A stretch of DNA of 24,757 nucleotides from an uncultured Candidatus Bathyarchaeia archaeon (lineage in GTDB: Archaea > Thermoproteota > Bathyarchaeia > 40CM-2-53-6 > CAVXDP01). The position numbers were made by a program, and so were the translations under genes. The notes below the pieces were generated by a model. That model made no database searches, was not told the origin of the DNA, and worked only from the letters and a program-made list of their open reading frames with translations. The DNA is taken from assembly GCA_964354325.1 (NCBI GenBank), contig CAYGZB010000006.1, forward strand, positions 1-24,757. The letters are read 5' to 3'. Each line of letters starts with the position of its first letter. Within the stretch, counting starts at the first letter, position 1. Positions 8,282-16,276 of this stretch are shown one piece after another.

Positions 8282-8906
8282 TTGTAACAACCCTGTATAG
8301 ATCCACCGGAACGACATGTTCCCTCTTGGAGTGGAAACTGAAAGTGTGAGGAATTGTCAACATCATTTGGTAGAGGTCTGTAATGGTGGCCCTATGCTTT
8401 GAAACCATGCTTGTAATAAATTCTCTGTTTCCCAAACCACTCTTGTGTAGGGAGTACACGACATTTCCAATCTCTAGAGCTTTTCTTATGAAAGCCTGAT
8501 CGGCGCCTCTTCTTCTCACTCCAAACGGTGGATTCTGAAGCACCGTGTCACATCTACCTTTCAAAGCGTTCAGGTCTGAGATAACCCATTGGATCGTTCT
8601 TTCGAGTTTCATCGTTCTGGACGCGGTTTGAGCAGTACCCACAGCCATCTGATCAATATCCACGCCAACAACGTCTTTGGCATGCAAGAGAGCGGCACCA
8701 ATTGCAAGTCTGCCTGTTCCGCAGCCTAGATCTATGACACGTTTGTTTCTGATATCGTTGTGCATGCTTGCGGCTATGAACAGAATTTCTGCAGCTGACC
8801 TAGTTGTTATGGTGTATTGTTCAAGTTGAGCTCTGGGACTAGGATGGAGAGGAACCTGTTCAAGAGCAATCTCAAGCTGTCTCTTGTTGGGGAGCAGATT
8901 TTCCAT
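8262..8906 (-). CDS. METTL5-like N6-adenine RNA methyltransferase
   Basis: LEQY, DLGCGTG, QNPPFG, VYSLHK and TFSFH motifs. Confidence 0.9.
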   Translation of the reverse strand: MENLLPNKRQLEIALEQVPLHPSPRAQLEQYTITTRSAAEILFIAASMHNDIRNKRVIDLGCGTGRLAIGAALLHAKDVVGVDIDQMAVGTAQTASRTMKLERTIQWVISDLNALKGRCDTVLQNPPFGVRRRGADQAFIRKALEIGNVVYSLHKSGLGNREFITSMVSKHRATITDLYQMMLTIPHTFSFHSKREHVVPVDLYRVVTNAAEKQ

Positions 8907-9879
8907 AGTCTTCCCAACGCCTCTTTCCTGCTGCTATGTGTGCCTCTTCTATGTTTAGTATGGGTCTCCTGAACCTTTCTTGGTCGTCTATCGCAATTCT
9001 TGGGCAAGCTGTGATAACGAAGGCCTCCAAATCCGTGAAAGACTCTAGGCTCTCAGGAGTGCACTCACTCGCCGAGAGAAGGACACAATGCTTCCCATTC
9101 TCTTCTAGCAGTCTCTTGACTCTCAGGGCGGATTCTATGTCAAATTGTCCTTCCCTGACGCCTATCACGACCCCAATTCTACTTGAATCCTGAAACTTGG
9201 TTATTGCAGCCCATCTCTTTCTTAAGAGAAGCCGCACAGTCTCGGTCATGTCTCTCGCTTGGTTGGCATAGGGATCCGCAACGATAGTCCTTCTTCCTGT
9301 CGCCAATTGAATACCTATAGCGTGAAAGTCTCCTCCACCGATGAATATGTATGCCTCAACAATCCCAGCGATCCTTAAGGAAGTGGAGTAGTCACAGCCA
9401 AGAACCTGTCCATCGTAAACTACTTGCCCGCCAGCTTCCCCGAGATACGGTTCTTTGCCAGATTCTCGAACAACCTCGGAGACATGCTCCAGTTGGTCCA
9501 GGTGCTGAACAACTGTAGCAAGTCCGATCTTCTTCTCTTGTTCAAGAATCTTGAGCGCTTTCCTGACAGCTTCTTCAACCTTCTCAGTTGCTCTTGCTTC
9601 GACATAGAGCACGTTTGGAATAGACTTCTGAACGAGAGGCGAATGGCCATAATGGATTATGGCGTCTGCTCTCAAAGTCGTTTGTTCTTCAACTGCAAGC
9701 TGACATGCACCATAGCAAGCGTTGGCAGAGAGAACGACCTCGACATCTAACGCATCTTCAATTTCTTCTGCAAGTTTGAAACCCTGCGATTTCAGCCCTT
9801 CCGGTAGCTGCAGAAGAACCCTGTGATAGTTTCCATTCTTGATGAACTCAAGAACATTATCTTTCTCAAGATCAAACAT
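8872..9879 (-). CDS. dph2: Diphthamide biosynthesis radical-SAM enzyme Dph2
   Basis: LQLPEGLK, CYGAC, HYGH, QVLGC and ACPRIAIDD, carrying the three Fe-S cysteines. Start ATG 9879 or GTG 9888. Confidence 0.94.
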   Translation of the reverse strand: MFDLEKDNVLEFIKNGNYHRVLLQLPEGLKSQGFKLAEEIEDALDVEVVLSANACYGACQLAVEEQTTLRADAIIHYGHSPLVQKSIPNVLYVEARATEKVEEAVRKALKILEQEKKIGLATVVQHLDQLEHVSEVVRESGKEPYLGEAGGQVVYDGQVLGCDYSTSLRIAGIVEAYIFIGGGDFHAIGIQLATGRRTIVADPYANQARDMTETVRLLLRKRWAAITKFQDSSRIGVVIGVREGQFDIESALRVKRLLEENGKHCVLLSASECTPESLESFTDLEAFVITACPRIAIDDQERFRRPILNIEEAHIAAGKRRWEDYGKSAPQQETA

Positions 9880-10076
9880 CGGTCTCACTGCAAATCGGTT
9901 GACAGCATCTGCTGTTCTGCTTTCCCACAGAATCCATGGATGGTCTAAAGTAGTATGCTTCTAATTATCGTTCTTTACCTCTACTTGGTGACCAAAACTA
10001 GTTGTTCTCGTGACCATCAATCCATGGTTGTCACATATCGCAGTCTTTGTCAGGGTATGTTGGTTGGTTCGAAGGT

Positions 10077-12467
10077 CTATTTGGGATTCCAAGCGAGTCC
10101 TACGTCTTCCGTGACTCCTCGGCCTAGACTCTTTTCAAGCATCAGCCTCTGTTCGATGCCTGCAACCCACTTTCTTACTTGGACCACCGCATCTGGATTC
10201 ACAGACACCGAGTCAATTCCACTTTCGACTAGAAATCGAATAAAGTCTGGTCCATGCACACTTGGTGCTTGACCACAGATCGACACTGTCTTACCGTCTC
10301 TATGTGCGACTTCGATAAGATGTCTGATTGCCCTTCTTACAGCAAGATCGCGCTCATCGAAAATGTGGCCCACGGTCGCGTTGTCTCTGTCGCAGCCCAG
10401 AATTAGCATTGTCAGGTCGTTCGAGCCGATACTGTAACCATCAACGAACTGGTTGAACTGGTCGGCAAGTATGACATTACTTGGGATCTCAGCCATCAGC
10501 CAGATCTTGAAATCTGGACCTTTTCTCAGTCCTTCTTCTTCCATGATCCCTACGACGCTTTTCGCTTCTTGCACCGTTCGAACGAATGGCAACATTACCC
10601 AGAGGTTCTTTAGCCCATACTCTTCACGAACTTTCCTGACCGCTTTTACTTCGAGCTTGAAAGCTTCCTTGTACTTGGGGTCATAATATCTGGATGCGCC
10701 ACGCCATCCTAGCAGAGCTGAGGGTTCGACAGGTTCGTATTTCTCGCCGCCTTCCAAGTCCCGATACTCGCTGGACTTGAAGTCACTGAACCGGAGCACC
10801 ACTGGCCTCGGATTCATCGCTGCGCAGACCTTCCTTATTCCCTCTGCAAGTTTGTCAACAACCTTCTCTTGTTGACCAATCTCAATGAGATGAAGTGGGT
10901 GTTGGTTGATGTCTGATGCCCAGATGAACTCTTCTCTCATCAAACCGACGCCGTCACATGGAAGCTTCGCAGTCTTCTCAGCTATCTCTGGTTCTCCTAG
11001 GTTGACAAGAATCTTGGTTCCAGTCACGGGATATGATTCTGAAGCTGCAACTACAGTTGCCTCTTCAGTTTTCTTTGTCATCTCTTCCACGATACCTTCG
11101 TAAACCACACCGTTTCCTGCGTCAACGGTTATGTCCATCTGGTTCGAGATTACTTGAGTTCCAGCCGTTCCTTTGCTTGCAGTGCCTACTATGCAAGGAA
11201 TTCCCAGCTCACGACTTACGATCGCTGCGTGACAGGTCGTGCCACCGCTATTGGTTACTATCGCCTTTGCCTTTCTCATTGCTGGCACCCAGTCGGGTGC
11301 AGTCATCTCTGTTACGAGAATCTCTCCTTTCTGGAACTGGTTGATGTCAGCAACAGACATTATGACGTGAGATTTTCCCGCGGCGATACCTGGAGACGCA
11401 GCCAACCCTTTGACAATCACTTTTCTTTCCGTGGTTACGGATGTTTTCGATTCGGTAATAGCTGGCGCTTTCTTCAGACTCCAGACTGTTTCTGGACGTG
11501 CTTGAAGTATCCACAATTTGTTGGTTCTCTCGTCCAGACCCCATTCAATGTCCATGTGTCGTCCGTAATGTTTCTCTATAACTAGTGCATATCGCGCAAG
11601 TTCTTTGATCTGCTCATCCGTCAAAACCTGCTTACCTTTAAGATCTGAACTTACAGATGTCTCAAGAGTACCTCCATCGGCTCCTCGCACAAGCTGACGG
11701 GTCTTCTCTGGAACGTTTCTATTCACTATTTTGAGATCGCTCTTGTTCACATAGTATTCGTCTGGGGTGACCGTACCCTGAACAACGAATTCTCCAAGGC
11801 CATATGCTGCTTCTATGAGAATCTGGCTTTCGTCTCCGTTTGACACGTTGAGTGTAAACATAACTCCGGCGGATTTTGAGTAGACCATCATCTGCACGGC
11901 TGCTGATAGAGCCACTGACACGCGGTCGAATCCTTTTTGCACCCGGTAGAATATGGCCCGATCGGTGAAAAGACTCGCGTAACATTCCTTCACCTTCTCT
12001 GCGACTTGCTCTCCACCTGAAACGTTCAGGTAGCTTTCCTGTTGGCCTGCAAAACTTGCGTCGGGTAGGTCTTCTGCCGTCGCTGAAGAGCGAATAGCCA
12101 CGTAAGGATTGGACTCCCCAGTTTTCTTGGCCAGTTGCTTGTAAGCGGCTACAATCTCATCATGTAGGTCTTTTGGCATCTTGGCTTCTAGGACAATGGT
12201 CCTAGCGGCCTTCCCAACCTTTTGCAGAGTCTGAGTATCGTTTGGATCAACAAGCTCCTTCATAATGTTTCCAATCTTGGGATCCAGCCTAGCTTCCTTC
12301 ATGAAATGCACGTAGGCGGCTGCTGTTGTTGCGAAACCATAAGGAACTGGAACTTTGGTCTTTTGGGTCATCTCACCCAGACTGGAGGACTTGCCTCCCA
12401 CGAGGGCAACTTCCTCTTTTCCAAGATCATCAAACCAGAGAACATATTTCTTATTCTTTGCCGGCAT
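10077..12467 (-). CDS. ppsA: Phosphoenolpyruvate synthase (pyruvate, water dikinase)
   Basis: VGGK..SLGE, RSSATAEDLP.ASFAGQ, phospho-His GG.TCHAAIVSRELG and SIGSNDLT motifs; 796 aa. Confidence 0.96.
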   Translation of the reverse strand: MPAKNKKYVLWFDDLGKEEVALVGGKSSSLGEMTQKTKVPVPYGFATTAAAYVHFMKEARLDPKIGNIMKELVDPNDTQTLQKVGKAARTIVLEAKMPKDLHDEIVAAYKQLAKKTGESNPYVAIRSSATAEDLPDASFAGQQESYLNVSGGEQVAEKVKECYASLFTDRAIFYRVQKGFDRVSVALSAAVQMMVYSKSAGVMFTLNVSNGDESQILIEAAYGLGEFVVQGTVTPDEYYVNKSDLKIVNRNVPEKTRQLVRGADGGTLETSVSSDLKGKQVLTDEQIKELARYALVIEKHYGRHMDIEWGLDERTNKLWILQARPETVWSLKKAPAITESKTSVTTERKVIVKGLAASPGIAAGKSHVIMSVADINQFQKGEILVTEMTAPDWVPAMRKAKAIVTNSGGTTCHAAIVSRELGIPCIVGTASKGTAGTQVISNQMDITVDAGNGVVYEGIVEEMTKKTEEATVVAASESYPVTGTKILVNLGEPEIAEKTAKLPCDGVGLMREEFIWASDINQHPLHLIEIGQQEKVVDKLAEGIRKVCAAMNPRPVVLRFSDFKSSEYRDLEGGEKYEPVEPSALLGWRGASRYYDPKYKEAFKLEVKAVRKVREEYGLKNLWVMLPFVRTVQEAKSVVGIMEEEGLRKGPDFKIWLMAEIPSNVILADQFNQFVDGYSIGSNDLTMLILGCDRDNATVGHIFDERDLAVRRAIRHLIEVAHRDGKTVSICGQAPSVHGPDFIRFLVESGIDSVSVNPDAVVQVRKWVAGIEQRLMLEKSLGRGVTEDVGLAWNPK

Positions 12468-12533
12468 CTTGCAACATACCTTCTCATGACTATGAATCTA
12501 TTCGCGTGATGGCGGCTGATCGAATCTCTCTTC

Positions 12534-12540
12534 GATAAAA
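12534..12540 (-). promoter_or_regulatory. Putative TATA box for ppsA
   Basis: AAAACCC-TTTTATC on the minus strand in the L10e-ppsA gap. Confidence 0.4.
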
Positions 12541-12593
12541 GGGTTTTGACCAAGCATATTCGAAATGGGCTCGGTAGACCGGGTATTCTGAGA

Positions 12594-13103
12594 TTAAGCT
12601 ATTTTGGGCTCCAACTTCTGAATGAAGACTCTTGAAGCCATTGACAATTTCGAAGATGAAACTCTCAAGGCTTCCTTTGCATGTCCAAGGGCTGATTCGT
12701 TTACATAGATTTCTATCACTGCTTTATTTGGCTTCAACCTCGCCGCCCTTCCGGTAGGCTTGCCAAAAGACCTGCGCATTCCTTCTTGCAGCCTGTCTGC
12801 TCCGGCCGTTGCAATCATTCGGTTCTCCCTAAGAATTATGTGTGGATAGGACACCAGCTTGACGAGATAGCCTGTCTCACCAAGTTTGTCAAACATGACC
12901 TTGTTCGCTGATACACGCGCCGCTTCGAGGGCATTGTGTCGAATCTGAATTGCACTCTCAGATAGGAGCGATACCTTATACTGGTAGGTTGCTTTGGAGT
13001 CGCCCATAGTGAACTTCTGGACCTTTGACGGGGGCGATCCGTGAATGTATTTATGCCGAGTGTAGGATTGTCCTTTCGCAACCCTGTAATTGCGGCCTTT
13101 CGT
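12594..13103 (-). CDS. rpl10e: 50S ribosomal protein uL16 (L10e), probable ACG start
   Basis: ALEAARVSANK, YPH.ILRENRM..AGADRLQEGMR.SFGKP motifs. The frame continues upstream of ATG 13007 through KGRNYR..GQSYTRHKYIHGSP to ACG 13103 (169 aa). Confidence 0.95.
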   Translation of the reverse strand, partial: TKGRNYRVAKGQSYTRHKYIHGSPPSKVQKFTMGDSKATYQYKVSLLSESAIQIRHNALEAARVSANKVMFDKLGETGYLVKLVSYPHIILRENRMIATAGADRLQEGMRRSFGKPTGRAARLKPNKAVIEIYVNESALGHAKEALRVSSSKLSMASRVFIQKLEPKIA

Positions 13104-13144
13104 GACTGGTCACCTGAATCGTCAGCATAGAGCCTTTGACTCGT

Positions 13145-13152
13145 TATATAAA
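13145..13152 (-). promoter_or_regulatory. TATA box for rpl10e
   Basis: TTTATATA on the minus strand; predicts a TSS near 13122, just upstream of the AGGTGA SD at 13115-13110. Confidence 0.65.
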
Positions 13153-13155
13153 GAC

Positions 13156-13890
13156 TTAGTTGATTTCATGTTTCTCAAGTTGATTGATTAGTCTCAGATT
13201 CCTTCGAAACACTCCAATCAACAAAGATGTTTCACGTCGAGTTATGAGAGATCTCGATAGTAAGTTGTGAAAGGCTCTGCTCGCCAACGTACGTCTGTGA
13301 CTTGACATTGCGCTACATTCTGCGAGTCCATTGAAGAGATCCATCAACCTCTTGGTCATTTGTCTGTCTGGACAAACTCTCCTCGAACATCTCTTCTGAT
13401 CAGCCTTAAACAATTCATAGAAGATCACAGCCGCAGCGTGTGAAACATTCAACGTCGAGTACTCTCGACTAGCGGGAATCGTCACGATCAAATCGCAAAG
13501 ACGCAACTCTTCGTTCGAAAGCCCCGTAGTGTCTCTTCCAAGAACAAAGGCGGCCTTACTATTTGAAGAAACAATTCTCTCAGCAGCCGTCTCAAGATCG
13601 CAAGTTGATCTAAGTACATTCCTATTGGATTCTCCAAGCCGAGCAGTCGTACCGACTGAAATATCAATGTCCAAAAGAGCTTCTCCAAGGGAGCCTTGGA
13701 CTACGGCATTGTCTATTACATCTGTTGCATGGACAGCAAACATTCTTGATACTTCTCCAAGTTTGTACACTGGATTGACTACTCTCAAGTCCTTGACACC
13801 AAAATTCTTCATTGTACGAGCAACGTATCCCACGTTCGCCTCATACAGCGGTTCAACGAGAACAACTCTGACATCCAACAAAACCGTCAC
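13156..13890 (-). CDS. trmJ: TrmJ/TrmH-family (SPOUT) tRNA 2'-O-methyltransferase
   Basis: VVLVEP...NVG.VAR.MKNFG, GRD..GLSNEEL and LNVSHAA motifs. Start GTG 13890 or a TTG 3-4 codons later. Confidence 0.9.
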   Translation of the reverse strand: MTVLLDVRVVLVEPLYEANVGYVARTMKNFGVKDLRVVNPVYKLGEVSRMFAVHATDVIDNAVVQGSLGEALLDIDISVGTTARLGESNRNVLRSTCDLETAAERIVSSNSKAAFVLGRDTTGLSNEELRLCDLIVTIPASREYSTLNVSHAAAVIFYELFKADQKRCSRRVCPDRQMTKRLMDLFNGLAECSAMSSHRRTLASRAFHNLLSRSLITRRETSLLIGVFRRNLRLINQLEKHEIN

Positions 13891-13895
13891 CAGAT

Positions 13896-14753
13896 CTATT
13901 TCTTGTCCAACTCATTCGTTCTTGTCTGAATCATTTGTTCACGCAAATTGCTCTTCGCCAAGGCTCCACATAACTCATCCGAGAGTTGTTCGAATTGCCG
14001 GACTGTCATTTCACACACCCTCAAGTTGGGTAAGCTGACCTCCCTGAAAGCGTCTTGATAAGGAATCCCCATCTTTGACTCTAAATATCGAACCAAAACT
14101 TTCTTGACATGCCTTCTTCGTTGTGTAAAAAGGTCTCTGACCAAATTGTCGAAGAACACTTCGTCACGGACTTTGTATGGGTTGGGCTTGGGTTTCAGAG
14201 TGACTATCACGGATTCGACCTTAGGTCTTGGCTTGAATGATTCCTTGGAAACCTGATCGAGAAGCTTCACATCCATTCGATGTTGGATAGCTACAGTTAC
14301 TCTTCCGTATCCGGGATCTTCATTCTCTGCATTAATCTTCTGTGCGAATTCTTTCTGCAGAGTGAGAACGCACACTTCAAACTTCTTCTTCGTAAGAAAA
14401 AGCATGAATTTGGATGATATATAGTATGGTATGTTTGAGACAACTTTGTTGAAGTCCGGCAAGCTTGTTCGTAGAATGTCTCCGTGAATCACTTCGATGC
14501 CATCTTTTGATTCAAACTTCTCATGGAGCAGTCTGACAAATCTCAGATCTTTTTCGACGGCTATGACTCTTCCAGCCGTCTCTGCAATTAGCGAAGTTAA
14601 TGTACCGGTTCCTGGTCCAACCTCAAGCACTATGTCATCATGTTTGAGCGATGCGTAACCAACGATTCTCTTGAGAATATCGTTATCGATCAGGAAATGT
14701 TGGCCTAGTCTTCTGATAGGTCTGGGTCTGTGCGAGGTCAGTTCAGGTCGCAT
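13896..14753 (-). CDS. ksgA: 16S rRNA m6,2A dimethyltransferase KsgA/Dim1
   Basis: LGQHFL, EVGPGTG.LT, SNIPY.ISS and F.PRPKVES motifs. Confidence 0.96.
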   Translation of the reverse strand: MRPELTSHRPRPIRRLGQHFLIDNDILKRIVGYASLKHDDIVLEVGPGTGTLTSLIAETAGRVIAVEKDLRFVRLLHEKFESKDGIEVIHGDILRTSLPDFNKVVSNIPYYISSKFMLFLTKKKFEVCVLTLQKEFAQKINAENEDPGYGRVTVAIQHRMDVKLLDQVSKESFKPRPKVESVIVTLKPKPNPYKVRDEVFFDNLVRDLFTQRRRHVKKVLVRYLESKMGIPYQDAFREVSLPNLRVCEMTVRQFEQLSDELCGALAKSNLREQMIQTRTNELDKK

Positions 14754-14754
14754 A

Positions 14755-15378
14755 CTATTGAGCGGCCCTCGTGAAGAGCCTGTACTTTGATTCGCCGCTC
14801 AACTCTTCGACAATTCTTTTTGCTATGAGTTTAGCCGGGTCCGTTATGCCCGCTCTCTCACGAATGTCGACGAAACTGGCGAACGGTTTCTTCTCTCTCT
14901 GGTTAATTATTTGCCACATCAACTTCTTTCCTATTCCGGGAAGGAGTTCGAGAGCATGCATTCTAGGGGTAACTGCTTGTGAGTTGTTGAAGAAGTCGAC
15001 AAACCTCTTTTCTTGGCTTTTGGCAATATCTTCGATTACTGACTGAAGTTCTGCTTGGGCTCCTATCGTCAGTTCTTCTATTCCCACGCGACCTACCACG
15101 CGGTCGATCTTCTCCCTTCTTTCCCTTCCAACGTACAGTCTATCTCTTACATTTGCCGTTGCTCCTGGTTTCAATTGAGCCTCCAGAAGAGTGAAGAAGT
15201 TCTCTCCAATGACTTGGACGGTGGGCACAGCCATGTGTCTCGATCTTTCGGAGGTGGGTCTTCCATAAGGAAGTAATTCCAGAACGTAGGCGTAATCCTC
15301 GTACACTTTTGTTGGGTATTGTCTTGAAGGTGAGGAAAGTGTTTCGGTTTCCCTATACTGTCTGTTCGTGCTGCTCAA
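14755..15378 (-). CDS. DUF655 family putative nucleic-acid-binding protein
   Basis: YE.YAYVL, QVIGENFFTLLE and RMHALELLPGIGKK (HhH) motifs; TTG start after GGAG. Confidence 0.9.
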   Translation of the reverse strand: MSSTNRQYRETETLSSPSRQYPTKVYEDYAYVLELLPYGRPTSERSRHMAVPTVQVIGENFFTLLEAQLKPGATANVRDRLYVGRERREKIDRVVGRVGIEELTIGAQAELQSVIEDIAKSQEKRFVDFFNNSQAVTPRMHALELLPGIGKKLMWQIINQREKKPFASFVDIRERAGITDPAKLIAKRIVEELSGESKYRLFTRAAQ

Positions 15379-15563
15379 CAGTTCCGCACTCCTTTTTTAT
15401 AGCAAAACTAATCGGACGGGTTCAGCGTTGCCACTTTGGAGTCTTGCTCAGCGTAACCTGTGAATGGGTTGAGCAGCGTAAAACGCGCCATAACTTCTCT
15501 GCCTAGGATTAGGTTAGTTTGAAGTTAAATAGGTTGCGAACTTGAAGAGGTTATTCAGCGAGT

Positions 15564-15899
15564 TCATTCTTTTCTAGCGTTGTTAACTGCCTTTAGCACA
15601 TCATCCAGTTGGCCGACCGGAATTACACGACCTTTGACTGCGAGGATAGCACGCAGTTCTTCCATTGCCGCCGGCATGCAGTTCACTATCTGGATGGCGT
15701 CTGATCTCTCGAGTTTGAACTGACTGACCAACGCATCTACCAGTTTCGAGGCGTCTGATCCCGGAAGTCTCGAGAATTTCGTAGTATAATCCAACGTTCT
15801 CCTTTGAAATTCGCCAAGTTCTTCCGGTTTTGCTTTTTCAAGGACTTTCCGTGCATCAGCTACGGTTATCCTTTTTTCATCAGTGACTCTACGTGGCAT
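15564..15899 (-). CDS. rpoF: RNA polymerase subunit Rpo4 (F)
   Basis: EFQRRTLDY..KF and A.QIVN.MP..EELRAIL motifs; conserved position after L21e. Confidence 0.92.
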   Translation of the reverse strand: MPRRVTDEKRITVADARKVLEKAKPEELGEFQRRTLDYTTKFSRLPGSDASKLVDALVSQFKLERSDAIQIVNCMPAAMEELRAILAVKGRVIPVGQLDDVLKAVNNARKE

Positions 15900-15901
15900 C
15901 G

Positions 15902-16201
15902 TTAACCACTCGTCTGTGGTGTGATATGTTCTGGTCGTACTATGAGGTTCTTCTCTTTGTCGCCCAATTTGAGATTGACTAGGTAGCTTCTGCCTCGTTT
16001 TCCTTCGATCACTCCGATCTTGCCTTGGAATCTCTTATGGGGCATGCCTTTATGGATGCTAGAATCGATTTTCACGCATACCTTGTCTCCGGGCTCGTAG
16101 GGTCTGAGTATCCGGCTCAATCCCAGTTTACCTTTTTCTCTGGGGGCCTTACGTAGCAGTGATCTTGTTTTTGAGCGATAACCACTTGATTTCCTGACCA
16201 A
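15902..16201 (-). CDS. rpl21e: 50S ribosomal protein eL21
   Basis: GYRSKTR, KGMPHKRFQGK.G and RPEH motifs; TTG start 6 nt after GGTGA. Confidence 0.96.
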   Translation of the reverse strand: MVRKSSGYRSKTRSLLRKAPREKGKLGLSRILRPYEPGDKVCVKIDSSIHKGMPHKRFQGKIGVIEGKRGRSYLVNLKLGDKEKNLIVRPEHITPQTSG

Positions 16202-16276
16202 ACAGGTTCACCAATGCCTATGGACTTTTGATATTGCGCCTATTGCAACAACCAAGTCAACTATATGGGTGTTCCT

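Noticed and set aside
9955-10272. 105-aa plus-strand ORF spanning the ppsA 3' end
   Set aside because: Mostly antisense to ppsA, with no recognisable motif.
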